The notes beneath the pieces were generated by a model that was given only the letters and a program-made list of their open reading frames with translations, had not been told where the DNA came from and made no database searches. A stretch of 64,000 nucleotides of DNA, from contig OZ241323.1 in assembly GCA_965199685.1 (NCBI GenBank), forward strand, positions 297,614 through 361,613. The letters run 5' to 3'. Made by a program: the position numbers and the translations under genes. Positions 12,060-21,922 of the stretch are shown piece after piece (positions within the stretch are counted from its first letter, which is position 1; each line of letters opens with the position of its first letter). Source of the DNA: an uncultured candidatus Porisulfidus sp. (GTDB lineage Bacteria > Pseudomonadota > Gammaproteobacteria > Poriferisulfidales > Oxydemutatoraceae).

Positions 12060-12401
12060 ATGGACTCCGAATCAACAATTAGTCGCTCGCAGTTGATAGA
12101 GCGGATAGCAGACAAACAAGATCGGTTGCAGAACGAGGATGTTAAGCTCGCCGTGCAGAGCTCTTTTGATTATTTGAGTCAAGTTCTGAGTTTAGGGGAG
12201 CGCATAGAGATTCGCGGCTTTGGTTCCTTTGACCTACATTTTAAGAAGCCCAAAACCATGCGCAATCCAAAAACCAAAGAAGTTATTAATGTCTCCGGGC
12301 GAAATATTCCGCACTTCAAACCCAGCAGCATAGTCAACGAACGCTTGAACAGAGCTGAGCCCGACGATACTGTAGCGGGTTATGATGCCAATCACGATTA
12401 A
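12060..12401 (+). CDS. ihfB: Integration host factor beta subunit
   Basis: RIEIRGFGSF, RNPKT, PHFKP; follows rpsA; ATG 12060 avoids a long overlap with rpsA. Confidence 0.9.
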   Translation: MDSESTISRSQLIERIADKQDRLQNEDVKLAVQSSFDYLSQVLSLGERIEIRGFGSFDLHFKKPKTMRNPKTKEVINVSGRNIPHFKPSSIVNERLNRAEPDDTVAGYDANHD

Positions 12402-12455
12402 GACGCGGCCAAACCGACTGTTGGTATCGGTAGTATTGAAAACCTTTGACACGCA

Positions 12456-13655
12456 GTGGGAAATTTAGTATTCGACTGGTATTGGGTTTTAGTGCCGATT
12501 GCACTATTACCAGTAGCGGCATTGAGCGGGTGGCAGGCTTGTAGTAGCCAGCGTAACAATCTCAAGCGTGGTATCGACCCTGCATATATCAAAGGTCTAA
12601 ATTATTTGCTTGATCAACAAACTGATAAGGCGGTAGAGATTTTCATTAAATTTTTTCAAGTCGATATGACGACTTTGGAGACGCATGTTTTATTAGGAAA
12701 TTTATTTCGTCGCAAAGGCGAACTGGAAAAAGCGATTCGCATACATAGCAATCTTATACAACGCACACCTTTGAGTGAAACCGCCAAGTCCGAAGCTCTG
12801 TACGAACTGGGGCAGGATTATTTGCACGCAGGTTTGCTGAGTAATGCCGAAGATATTTTCAAGCGATTGATTAAGATAGGCACACCGGAAACGCTGCACA
12901 GAGGCTATCGGTGTTTGGTTACGATCTACGAGACCGAGAAATCTTGGCATCAGGCTATCACATGTGCCAGACGATTGCGGACTTTGGGTGCCGACTATAG
13001 CCGACATATTGTTCATTACTACTGTGAACTTGCCGAAAAAGAACTGTCTGAGCATAACTACGGCAAAGCGCAAAAGTATCTAGCCAAAGCGCAGGCATTC
13101 AAGCAATCTTCTGTCAGAGTAGAGATTATTCAGGGGGATCTAGCGTTGACCAGACACGATAGAGAAAAAGCACTAGAATGTTATTCTCAAGCCTTTTCGG
13201 ATTACCCGGGCTACGCGGATATTTTGCTACCCAAAATTAAAAAATGTTTTTCACCGTATGATCCGAGTGAGTACGCACGCTATGTAAAGAACTTGGATAT
13301 CAAGGATATGACCGTCTTATACATAGTAAATTACATACAGGCTTTGTTCGAAGCAGAGCGTATAGACGAAGCCGAGGAGTTTTTGCTCTATTTAATAAAG
13401 ACTAAGCAGGCACCACTGCAAGTACTGAAAATTTTTATGGAAGAGAAACTCAAAAGTACCAATTTATTCGAAGATAAAATGATTCGTCAGGTGATAGACG
13501 AGATCAACGCAAACCTAAGTTCGGATTATTTTTATATGTGTGGAAAATGCGGCTTTAAGGCTCACCAACTCTACTGGCAATGCCCTAGCTGCCATACATG
13601 GGATAGTAGCGATTCTATAGATCTAGTAAAGGATTCGCAGGAGAATGCTGCATAG
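12456..13655 (+). CDS. lapB: LPS assembly protein B (TPR repeats plus rubredoxin domain)
   Basis: N-terminal TM, YIKGLNYLL, LGNLFRRKGE, C-terminal CGKCG...WQCPSC. Confidence 0.93.
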   Translation: MGNLVFDWYWVLVPIALLPVAALSGWQACSSQRNNLKRGIDPAYIKGLNYLLDQQTDKAVEIFIKFFQVDMTTLETHVLLGNLFRRKGELEKAIRIHSNLIQRTPLSETAKSEALYELGQDYLHAGLLSNAEDIFKRLIKIGTPETLHRGYRCLVTIYETEKSWHQAITCARRLRTLGADYSRHIVHYYCELAEKELSEHNYGKAQKYLAKAQAFKQSSVRVEIIQGDLALTRHDREKALECYSQAFSDYPGYADILLPKIKKCFSPYDPSEYARYVKNLDIKDMTVLYIVNYIQALFEAERIDEAEEFLLYLIKTKQAPLQVLKIFMEEKLKSTNLFEDKMIRQVIDEINANLSSDYFYMCGKCGFKAHQLYWQCPSCHTWDSSDSIDLVKDSQENAA

Positions 13656-13779
13656 AACCGCACGTACAAACGATCTATGACCGTTCGTCGGATATTTGAT
13701 ACCGTTTAACGGATTGCCGAAAATCGGCATTTTATATGGTTTTAAGATAGTCCTTTTCATTAACTTAAAGGAGAAAACT

Positions 13780-14133
13780 ATGTATTTACTTAAAACTATC
13801 ATGGCAATGGCGGCTTTTTGTTTCACCGCTTTTGTTCATGCTGAAGTCAACATCAATACTGCAACGATGCAGCAGCTTACCGAACTGGATAATATTGGTC
13901 TCGTGAAGGCAACTGCGATCATCGAATACAGAGATAAGCACGGTCATTTCGAGAGTGTGGACGATCTGGTGAAGGTGAGCGGTATAGGGTTGGCAATTTT
14001 AGAAGCAAATAGAGATATGTTAACTGTAGGAAGCGATCGGGAAGACGAAGTTTTACCGGTTGAACAAGCTATGCCTGCGGAAAAAATGCTTATCCCAGAA
14101 GTAACTTCCTCTCAGGTAGATAAAGAGAACTAA
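13780..14133 (+). CDS. comEA: ComEA-like helix-hairpin-helix DNA-binding protein
   Basis: AAGGAG RBS, signal peptide, VNINTA...IG..KA.AI..YR...G.F.SVDDL..V.GIG. Confidence 0.88.
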   Translation: MYLLKTIMAMAAFCFTAFVHAEVNINTATMQQLTELDNIGLVKATAIIEYRDKHGHFESVDDLVKVSGIGLAILEANRDMLTVGSDREDEVLPVEQAMPAEKMLIPEVTSSQVDKEN

Positions 14134-14164
14134 GGGATCTATATATCTTATATCTCAGTGGTTT

Positions 14165-14196
14165 CCGGGGTAATGCACGCATTGCCCCGGTTTTTT
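14165..14196 (+). terminator. Intrinsic terminator between convergent comEA and cfa
   Basis: CCGGGGTAATGC/GCATTGCCCCGG stem followed by T6. Confidence 0.8.
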
Positions 14197-14200
14197 AGCA

Positions 14201-15319
14201 TTATCTAGGTGCGTGGTAGCACTGCCGAGTGCCGCTTGGGGATAAGACAATTTGCCAGGTATTGCAGTCCCTTGCCAAGAAAGCACCGGCACAACTTAAC
14301 AAATAATACTTCCACATTCTGTAAAAACGTTCATCGTAACTTTGCTTTAGTTTCTCCCAGTGCTTGTTGAAATTATCAAACCATGCGAGTAATGTTTTGG
14401 CATAATCAAGCCCGAAATTTTGCCAATCTTCTATCACGAAGAGACCTTCGCAAGTGGTCGTGATTTGTTTTGCCGAAGGTATCAAAGAGTTGGGGAATAT
14501 GTATTTGGAGATCCAAGGATCAGTAATATAACTCGTCTTATTACTACCGATGGTATGGAGTACCGATAAACCTTCCGGTGTTAGAGCATTGCGTACGGCT
14601 TGCAGGTAAATTTTGTGATTTTTGTAGCCCACATGTTCAAACATTCCTATTGAATAAATACGATCGTATGTTGTATTCAATTTTCTATAATCTTGCAAAT
14701 GTATTTCTATCGGTAGTCCGCGGCAGTTATTCTGGGCATAGCGCGCTTGTTCTTTAGAAATCGTAATGCCGGTCACTGAAACATCGTAATGTTCGGCGGC
14801 GTAGCGAGCGGCACCACCCCAACCACAGCCTATATCGAGCAAACGCATACCAGGTTTCAGAAATAATTTATCAAAGATCAGCTTGAGTTTTGCCTCTTGC
14901 GAGTCGTCAAGGTTATTTGCCGTTTTCCAGTAGCCGCAACTATAAATCATACGCTTATCAAGCATTGCTTTGAATAATTCGTAACTCAGGTCGTAGTGTA
15001 GTTCTCCGACGTGGAAAGCACGTTTAATCTTCTGCAAATTGAGACACAAACTTAGAAAAAAATCGTAGAAATACGAGAACGATTTCATAGAACCGTAGAT
15101 CTGCGACCGAAGGACGCGCATCACTAGCTCTTCTATGCGTTCGCATTCCCACCAACCGTCCATATAGGCTTCGCCTAAACCTAAGGAACCTTGTAGCGAT
15201 ACTCTTTTGTATAAACCTTCATTGTGCACCTGTATATCCCAAGGTCGAGTTCCGTTAATTTTTATATCTGCTTTTTCGAGAAGCATTTGATACTTTTTTT
15301 TGAGAAGCGTATTCAGCAT
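14201..15319 (-). CDS. cfa: Cyclopropane-fatty-acyl-phospholipid synthase
   Basis: GSLGLGEAYMDGWW, YSCGYW, LDIGCGWG, GMFEHVG, FYRMWKYYL. Confidence 0.96.
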   Translation of the reverse strand: MLNTLLKKKYQMLLEKADIKINGTRPWDIQVHNEGLYKRVSLQGSLGLGEAYMDGWWECERIEELVMRVLRSQIYGSMKSFSYFYDFFLSLCLNLQKIKRAFHVGELHYDLSYELFKAMLDKRMIYSCGYWKTANNLDDSQEAKLKLIFDKLFLKPGMRLLDIGCGWGGAARYAAEHYDVSVTGITISKEQARYAQNNCRGLPIEIHLQDYRKLNTTYDRIYSIGMFEHVGYKNHKIYLQAVRNALTPEGLSVLHTIGSNKTSYITDPWISKYIFPNSLIPSAKQITTTCEGLFVIEDWQNFGLDYAKTLLAWFDNFNKHWEKLKQSYDERFYRMWKYYLLSCAGAFLARDCNTWQIVLSPSGTRQCYHAPR

Positions 15320-15540
15320 TTGTGAGTTTTGATTGTTTGGTGGTATGTGTGCTACAACAAATTTACTAACATGTATGAGGGATATTTTTGATCTCAGGAA
15401 TGTATATTACAACAGAACCGCCGATTCCATATATGCCACTGAGCAAATAAACCATATAATTCAACAATTTTTCGTGGATTATTGCAGTATGCCTGAATAT
15501 ATGATAGGTTACTTCGTTTAGATAGACTTCTCTATGCAGT

Positions 15541-15657
15541 TTCTTAAGGATGAGAGCTCAGGGAAGCCTAATTAATTAGTTACTAGTAACTAGCTAAAAT
15601 TTTAGGAAGGAAGCTGCACGGATGCAGCGACTTTTAATCAAAAGTAATTATGGAGGA
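15541..15657 (+). promoter_or_regulatory. Leader (or small RNA) with multiple CsrA/RsmA-type GGA hairpins
   Basis: Hairpins TTCTTA-AGGA-TGAGAG, GCT-CAGGGA-AGC and GCTGCA-CGGA-TGCAGC, plus AGGAAGGAA and ATGGAG at the RBS. Confidence 0.55.
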
Positions 15658-15660
15658 AAA

Positions 15661-17022
15661 ATGAAAAAATTACTCGTACTTACGACCACGATGGTAGGCA
15701 TGTTGTTGGGTTCGCTCCCGGCAGCTGCAGACGGGCATGGGGCTGATATGCAATATTATGTTCCTATGCCTGTCTACCGAACTGGTCCTTATGCCGCAGG
15801 CGGTACTGGTTACTTTGGAGGCATCATTGACTACTACACGCTCTTGAACGAGCGCAACGGTGGTATTGGTGGCGTCAAGGTAGTCTGGGACGAATGCGAA
15901 ACAGAATACAACAGAACTAAAGGTATAGAATGCTATCACCGTCAAAAGAAAAGTGACTTAGGTGAAGCTCTTTACTTTGATCCTCTGAGTGTAGGTATAT
16001 CATCCGGCCTAATTGAGCAAGGGCGTCGTGATAAAATTTCCATTATCAGTGTAAATCACGGTAGAACGGAAACTGAACGTGGCGATGTTTTCCCTTATCA
16101 ATTTCCCTTGGGCACCAATGCTTATGACTTTGCTTATGCAACGATCAAGCATATGGGGCAACAAATGGGCGGAATGGATAAGCTCAAAGGCGAGACTATC
16201 GTGACCTTGTATCACGGTTCGCCTTATGGTCGTGAAGCCAATGACTTCTTAACCGGATTAGGTGAGCAGTACGGTTTCACACACGAACCCATAGAAGTTC
16301 CACACCCTGGTAACGAGCAAGGTTCTCAATGGTTGAAGATTCGTAGACTCAAGCCCGCTTATGTCTTTTTAAGAGGCTGGGGCGTTATGAATCCGGTTGC
16401 CATGCAGACTGCTGCCCGCACCGGCTACTCAGTGTCTAAGCTAATTGGCAACGAGTGGAGCAATTCAGACGAAGACGCGATTCCTGCTGGTAAAACGGCG
16501 GACGGCTATCAAGCAGTGACAGTACATCGTGCTGGTGCTGATTTTCCGGTAGCCCAGGAAATTGTTGAGAGTCTTTACAACCAAGGCGGAGGCGACCTAG
16601 AAGATCGTTCTCGCATAGGGAGTGTCTACTACAACCTAGGTCTTTGGGCTGCGGTTATGTCCTCAGAGGCAATCCGTGTTGCACAAAAGCGTTTCGGTAA
16701 AGAACTCACGAGTGCACAAGTGCGCTGGGGTTTTGAAAACATTGCTTTGACCCAAGACAATCTAGACGAAATGGGGCTGATGGATGTCGTACCTCCGATA
16801 CAGGTAACCTGCATGGATCATGCGGCTGTGCACTTGGCACGTTTCCAGCAATGGGATGCTAGCGCACGCCAGTGGAATTTGATCAGCGACTGGATTGACG
16901 GCAGCAGCGATTTCTCTCGCCAAGTCGTGAATGAAAATGCTGCAAAATACGTTGAAGAAAATCCTGAATTCAAGCAGCGTGATTGTAGCAATCCGGAAGA
17001 TAGAGATAACTTCGACATTTAA
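15661..17022 (+). CDS. ABC transporter substrate-binding protein, Liv/HAAT-like family
   Basis: GGAGG RBS, signal peptide, YRTGPYA, ECETEY, GWGVMNP; followed by a LivF-like ATPase. Confidence 0.88.
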   Translation: MKKLLVLTTTMVGMLLGSLPAAADGHGADMQYYVPMPVYRTGPYAAGGTGYFGGIIDYYTLLNERNGGIGGVKVVWDECETEYNRTKGIECYHRQKKSDLGEALYFDPLSVGISSGLIEQGRRDKISIISVNHGRTETERGDVFPYQFPLGTNAYDFAYATIKHMGQQMGGMDKLKGETIVTLYHGSPYGREANDFLTGLGEQYGFTHEPIEVPHPGNEQGSQWLKIRRLKPAYVFLRGWGVMNPVAMQTAARTGYSVSKLIGNEWSNSDEDAIPAGKTADGYQAVTVHRAGADFPVAQEIVESLYNQGGGDLEDRSRIGSVYYNLGLWAAVMSSEAIRVAQKRFGKELTSAQVRWGFENIALTQDNLDEMGLMDVVPPIQVTCMDHAAVHLARFQQWDASARQWNLISDWIDGSSDFSRQVVNENAAKYVEENPEFKQRDCSNPEDRDNFDI

Positions 17023-17045
17023 TTCATAAATAACATATGTGAATA

Positions 17046-17087
17046 AGGGCGGGAAGATAGTCAAACATCTTTTCGCCCTCTTTTTTT
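17046..17087 (+). terminator. Intrinsic terminator/attenuating hairpin between the binding protein and ATPase genes
   Basis: AGGGCGGGAAGAT/ATCTTTTCGCCCT stem followed by T7. Confidence 0.75.
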
Positions 17088-17108
17088 AATCGGAAATCAA
17101 GATAAGCT

Positions 17109-17921
17109 ATGGCAAAAAAAATATTACTATCGATACAAAACATAGAAGTTGTATATAGTCAGGTAATATTGGCACTACGCGGTGTCACACTAGAAGTTCC
17201 CGAAGGTAATGTCGTATCCTTGTTGGGTGCGAACGGTGCCGGAAAAACCACCACACTCAAAGCGTGTTCAAATTTATTACACGCCGAACGAGGTGTGGTG
17301 ACCAAAGGTTCTATAGAATACGACGGTCATAACATTGCTGAAATGATGCCATACGATTTAGTTAAAGGGGGCGTGGTTCAGGTTCTTGAGGGACGTCACT
17401 GCTTTCCTCGCCTTAGCGTTGAAGAAAACCTACTAACGGGTTCTTTTATCAGAAAGACGGCAACCCAAGCCGAGATAAAAGAAGATTTAGAAAAAGTCTA
17501 TGAATATTTTCCGCGTATACGAGATCGACGTAAAAGTCTAACTGGTTTCACATCAGGTGGTGAGCAACAAATGACTGCGATAGGTCGTGCACTGATGGCA
17601 CGTCCGCGCCTTATTCTTTTGGACGAACCGTCTATGGGATTAGCACCACAATTTGTAGAAGAAGTGTTTAAGATAGTTAGAGACTTAAACAAAAATGAAG
17701 GAGTCAGTTTCTTGGTTGCCGAACAGAATGCGGTCATCGCCTTAAATTATGCAGATTACGGTTATGTTATAGAAAACGGTCGTGTTGTTACCAAGGGTAG
17801 CGCAAAAGAGATGATGGAACGCGAGGATATACAAGAACTCTATATGGGGGTCGGTAAAGAGGGTAGAACATCGTTTCGAGATGTCAAATACTATCACCGC
17901 CGCCGCGCCGCTTTCTATTAA
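17109..17921 (+). CDS. ABC transporter ATP-binding protein, LivF-like
   Basis: GANGAGKTT, SGGEQQM, LLDEPSMGLAP, EQNA. Confidence 0.93.
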   Translation: MAKKILLSIQNIEVVYSQVILALRGVTLEVPEGNVVSLLGANGAGKTTTLKACSNLLHAERGVVTKGSIEYDGHNIAEMMPYDLVKGGVVQVLEGRHCFPRLSVEENLLTGSFIRKTATQAEIKEDLEKVYEYFPRIRDRRKSLTGFTSGGEQQMTAIGRALMARPRLILLDEPSMGLAPQFVEEVFKIVRDLNKNEGVSFLVAEQNAVIALNYADYGYVIENGRVVTKGSAKEMMEREDIQELYMGVGKEGRTSFRDVKYYHRRRAAFY

Positions 17922-18041
17922 TTTAGACCTTTCAATAAGGACGAGCCGTTCACGTCCGTATTGTATCTACGTTAAAGCCCTGTACAATAGGCAGTACTTA
18001 CTTTATATATAGCTTAATGATTTTATGATTGGAGAAACTCA

Positions 18042-18365
18042 ATGGACATAATGGAAAAAATTAAAAAACAGGTTGAAGATAATGCCGTTATTATCTACAT
18101 GAAGGGTACGCCGCAAATGCCGCAATGTGGTTTTTCAAGTAGGGCTGCTGCTGCACTGCAACATTGCGGTCATGAATTCGCGTATGTCAATGTGCTCTTA
18201 GACCCCGATATTTTTCAAAATCTACCCCGTTTTGCAAACTGGCCTACATTCCCTCAGATTTATATCAACGGTGAATTGGTAGGCGGATGTGACATCGTGG
18301 TTGAACTGTTTGAGAAAGGTGAATTGCAGAAAATGGTGGCAGCTGCCGTTGCACCATCTGCTTAG
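18042..18365 (+). CDS. grxD: Monothiol glutaredoxin Grx4
   Basis: MKGTP..PQCGFS, WPTFPQ, GGCD. Confidence 0.97.
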   Translation: MDIMEKIKKQVEDNAVIIYMKGTPQMPQCGFSSRAAAALQHCGHEFAYVNVLLDPDIFQNLPRFANWPTFPQIYINGELVGGCDIVVELFEKGELQKMVAAAVAPSA

Positions 18366-18382
18366 CGAGAGTACTGTAGAAC

Positions 18383-18910
18383 ATGAACATAGATAGAATA
18401 CCCGCAACCGACTCGACCTCAGAGCTACTGAATGTCGTCATAGAAATACCGGCTCACGCCGACCCGATCAAGTATGAATTGGATAAAGACAGCAATTCGG
18501 TATGGGTTGACAGGTTTATGAATGTCCCAATGTATTATCCTGCGAATTATGGTTTTGTTCCCCAAACCCTTTCCGAAGATGGAGATCCCTTGGATGTTTT
18601 AGTTGTCACGTCGGTGCCTTTGATGGTCGGGTGCGTGATACCAAGCCGCCCGTTGGGTGCGCTTGACATGAGCGATGAGTCGGGACGTGATCTTAAATTG
18701 CTGGCAGTGCCTAAAAAAGGTATGAATAGTGGCTATGACCATATAGAAAGTGTAGAGCAGTTAGAGCAAAATCTACTTGATCAAATCGTCCACTTTTTTG
18801 AGCATTATAAGAAGCTTGAGGCCAATAAATGGGTAAAAGTGGAAGGTTGGTTGGCACCCGAAAAAATGCAGCAAGAGATTAGCGAAAGCATCAGACGTTA
18901 TAACTCATAA
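18383..18910 (+). CDS. ppa: Inorganic pyrophosphatase (family I)
   Basis: YPANYGF, DGDPLDVLV, HFFEHYK. Confidence 0.97.
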   Translation: MNIDRIPATDSTSELLNVVIEIPAHADPIKYELDKDSNSVWVDRFMNVPMYYPANYGFVPQTLSEDGDPLDVLVVTSVPLMVGCVIPSRPLGALDMSDESGRDLKLLAVPKKGMNSGYDHIESVEQLEQNLLDQIVHFFEHYKKLEANKWVKVEGWLAPEKMQQEISESIRRYNS

Positions 18911-18922
18911 CATTTACAAATA

Positions 18923-20776
18923 GTGGCGGATTATATACCCAAGCGACTTTTCAAGTCTAGAGTTGTAACCGCTGGCATTATTATTTTGGGGTTATTCTCA
19001 TTACTGCTATATAACTTATATCATTTGCAGGTTACTCAATATAGCGATTATCAAACAACATCGGATGGCAATCGCTTTGATTTGATTTCTATTAGCCCAC
19101 AGCGCGGACTCATATACGATAGCAAAGGGCAGGTCTTGGCGGCAAATCGCACGAGTTACAACCTTGAACTTATACCTGATCTAATCACCAATAGAGATAC
19201 CACCATAAAAAGGCTGCAGAGTTTGCTGAACCTAGATACCGGTGAACTATCCGATTTAGAAAATAAAATTAAGGCAAATCCGAATTCCCATAGATTGGTT
19301 TTACGCGCCAATCTCTTTGAGGAAGAAGTGGCATTAATCGCGTCCGAACTTTATCGTATACCGGAAGTAGAAATCGTCGGTCGTCTGGTTCGTTATTATC
19401 CTGAGAATGATTTGTTCTCGCATGTCATAGGCTATGTCGGCACCGTAGATTCCAAAGATCTAGGAAGAATTGACAAACAGAATTATTTGCGCCGCGATGA
19501 TATAGGCAAAACCGGCATAGAAAAATATTACGAACCTATGTTGCGCGGGAAATTGGGTTTGCGTAGAGTGGAGGTTAATGCACATCGAAAGATACTCGCA
19601 AGCACTAATTTGCGTCCCGCGCTAGCCGGCGACGATATTATGTTGACTGTCGATACTCACTTGCAGCGAATTGCCTACGAGGCACTGGCGGAACATCAGG
19701 GGGCAGTTGTGGCATTGGATCCACGTAGCGGTAGTGTGTTGGCGATGGTGAGCAAGCCAACCTTTAATCCTAATCTGTTTACCTATAATTTTTCGGAGAG
19801 AAAATACCAAGAACTCAACGCCGATGCTTCATTTAATCCTTTTTTTCATCGTGCAGTTAGTGGGCAGTATGCACCCGGTTCCACGCTCAAGCCGGTAGTC
19901 GCATTGGCTGCTTTGAAATTCAAAATCGTCAATCCGTCTTATCGGATGTATGCAGGACCCTATTATCAGATTCCCGGCTTCCAACGTCACTACAGAGATT
20001 GGCGAGAACAAGGTCACGGTTGGGTAGATTTAGGTTTATCGATAACGCAGTCGTGCGACGTATTCTTTTACGATGTCGCATACCGCATGGGTGTGGCGAA
20101 GTTGTCCTCTTTCCTTCAGGAGTTTGGATTAGGAGGCAAAACGAACATTGATACAGCTTCAGAGGCATCAGGTTTGGTGCCGAACCCACACTGGAAGCAC
20201 TCTGAACGCAACGAACAATGGTTTCCGGCAGAGACGATCATGATGGGTATAGGACAGGGTTATTTACTGGCAACCCCTTTACAGCTGGCAGTAATGACCG
20301 CAACGCTTGCCAATAGAGGCAAAGGAATAACGCCTTATTTGGTGCAAGCACACCGCAAAACAGGGTACACCAAATGGCAAAAGAAAACACCTCAATCAGC
20401 TGTACAACTCAGTGATAATTCAGAACAAGATTGGGATTATGTTATAGACGCAATGGTCGATACGGTACACCGTCCTAACGGAACCGCTTATAAAATCGGG
20501 CAATTTGCCGAATATAAAATTGCTGGCAAAACTGGCACTGTGCAAACTCGTCGTCTTCACGATAGAGAGAAAGAAAGAGAAATGGAATTGCAAAGAGAGT
20601 TGCGCGACCATGCGATGTTTATCGGCTTCGCACCGCCGTCAAAACCAGAAATTGCAATTGCGGTCGTCGTTGAACATAGCGGTAGCGGTTCAAAATATGC
20701 AGCCCCAGTCGCGCGCCGAGTTTTGGATGCCTATTTTGGGAAAACGACTCTAACCGCTTTAGAGCATACCGAATAG
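18923..20776 (+). CDS. mrdA: Penicillin-binding protein 2
   Basis: N-terminal TM, STLK, SCD, KTGT motifs; upstream of rodA. Confidence 0.95.
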   Translation: MADYIPKRLFKSRVVTAGIIILGLFSLLLYNLYHLQVTQYSDYQTTSDGNRFDLISISPQRGLIYDSKGQVLAANRTSYNLELIPDLITNRDTTIKRLQSLLNLDTGELSDLENKIKANPNSHRLVLRANLFEEEVALIASELYRIPEVEIVGRLVRYYPENDLFSHVIGYVGTVDSKDLGRIDKQNYLRRDDIGKTGIEKYYEPMLRGKLGLRRVEVNAHRKILASTNLRPALAGDDIMLTVDTHLQRIAYEALAEHQGAVVALDPRSGSVLAMVSKPTFNPNLFTYNFSERKYQELNADASFNPFFHRAVSGQYAPGSTLKPVVALAALKFKIVNPSYRMYAGPYYQIPGFQRHYRDWREQGHGWVDLGLSITQSCDVFFYDVAYRMGVAKLSSFLQEFGLGGKTNIDTASEASGLVPNPHWKHSERNEQWFPAETIMMGIGQGYLLATPLQLAVMTATLANRGKGITPYLVQAHRKTGYTKWQKKTPQSAVQLSDNSEQDWDYVIDAMVDTVHRPNGTAYKIGQFAEYKIAGKTGTVQTRRLHDREKEREMELQRELRDHAMFIGFAPPSKPEIAIAVVVEHSGSGSKYAAPVARRVLDAYFGKTTLTALEHTE

Positions 20777-21922
20777 ATGGTCATCGATGGCACGAATTGG
20801 AATGTCACTTCCTCTGTTAAATTACGAATTTTAGCGAGAGATATATTTTCCAATATAGATTATCCGCTATTAATTTTGCTTCTTGCATTATCGTGTTTAA
20901 GTTTAATCATACTATACAGTTCAGGAGGAGAAAGTACTGAGTTGTTATGGAAGCAAGGGTGGCGTTTGGCTATAGGCTTTGTTGGCTTTATCGTATTTGC
21001 GTCGGTGCCTTTGATCGTTTATCGCAGATGGGCTTGGTTATTATATGCCGCAGGTTTGATACTTCTAATTTTTGTATTAATTGTAGGAGAAGTCGGCCGA
21101 GGCTCACAACGATGGCTCAATCTATGGTTGCTCACCTTTCAGCCGTCGGAGATACTTAAGTTTGCGGTACCTTTATTTCTTTGCAAGATATTCGCAAGTC
21201 GTGAGAACCATCCGCCGTCGTTAAGCTCCATATTGTTGGCATTGGTAGCAGTATCAATACCGGTTATTTTGGTTATCAAGCAACCCGATCTTGGCACATC
21301 AGTTTTGATTTGTATATCCGCGGCATGGGTAATCTTTTTAGCTGGCATACGATGGTCATGGATTTTATTATTTGTAGTCTTGTTGGCATCGATGTCGGTA
21401 CCGATATGGGAATCGCTACACGAATATCAAAGGCAACGTGTCATCGTGTTCTTAAACCCAGAAAACTATCTTGCGCAAGGCGGCTATCATATCTATCAAT
21501 CAAAGGTTGCTATCGGTTCGGGTGGTCTATGGGGTAAAGGTTGGTTGAACGGCACCCAGTCGCATTTGGGCTTTGTTCCCGAGCATTCAACTGATTTCGT
21601 TTTTTCGGTGTTTGCTGAAGAATTTGGTTTTATAGGTTGCTGTTTATTGATTTTAATATATCTTGCCATTATTGTTAGGGGTATAATAATCACACTTAAC
21701 GCGGCGGATTACTTCGGTCGCCTGTTGGCAGGGAGCTTGACATTTTCTTTTGCCACCTATTTTTTTATTAGTGTTGCCATGGTCAGCGGGCTACTCCCGG
21801 TTGTGGGTGTGCCTTTGCCGTTAGTGAGTTATGGCGGAAGTTCAGTAGTGTCGGTATTGGCATCTTTCGGTATGTTAATATCGGTGCTTAGGTACCGCCC
21901 GATGATGAGTCAGAGATTATGA
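20777..21922 (+). CDS. rodA: Rod shape-determining SEDS protein RodA
   Basis: GSQRW, QPSE, QPDLGT, TDF, PLPLVSYGGSS. Confidence 0.96.
   Translation: MVIDGTNWNVTSSVKLRILARDIFSNIDYPLLILLLALSCLSLIILYSSGGESTELLWKQGWRLAIGFVGFIVFASVPLIVYRRWAWLLYAAGLILLIFVLIVGEVGRGSQRWLNLWLLTFQPSEILKFAVPLFLCKIFASRENHPPSLSSILLALVAVSIPVILVIKQPDLGTSVLICISAAWVIFLAGIRWSWILLFVVLLASMSVPIWESLHEYQRQRVIVFLNPENYLAQGGYHIYQSKVAIGSGGLWGKGWLNGTQSHLGFVPEHSTDFVFSVFAEEFGFIGCCLLILIYLAIIVRGIIITLNAADYFGRLLAGSLTFSFATYFFISVAMVSGLLPVVGVPLPLVSYGGSSVVSVLASFGMLISVLRYRPMMSQRL

Noticed and set aside
15390-15417. dif site (AATGTATATTA core)
   Set aside because: The XerC and XerD arms do not match.
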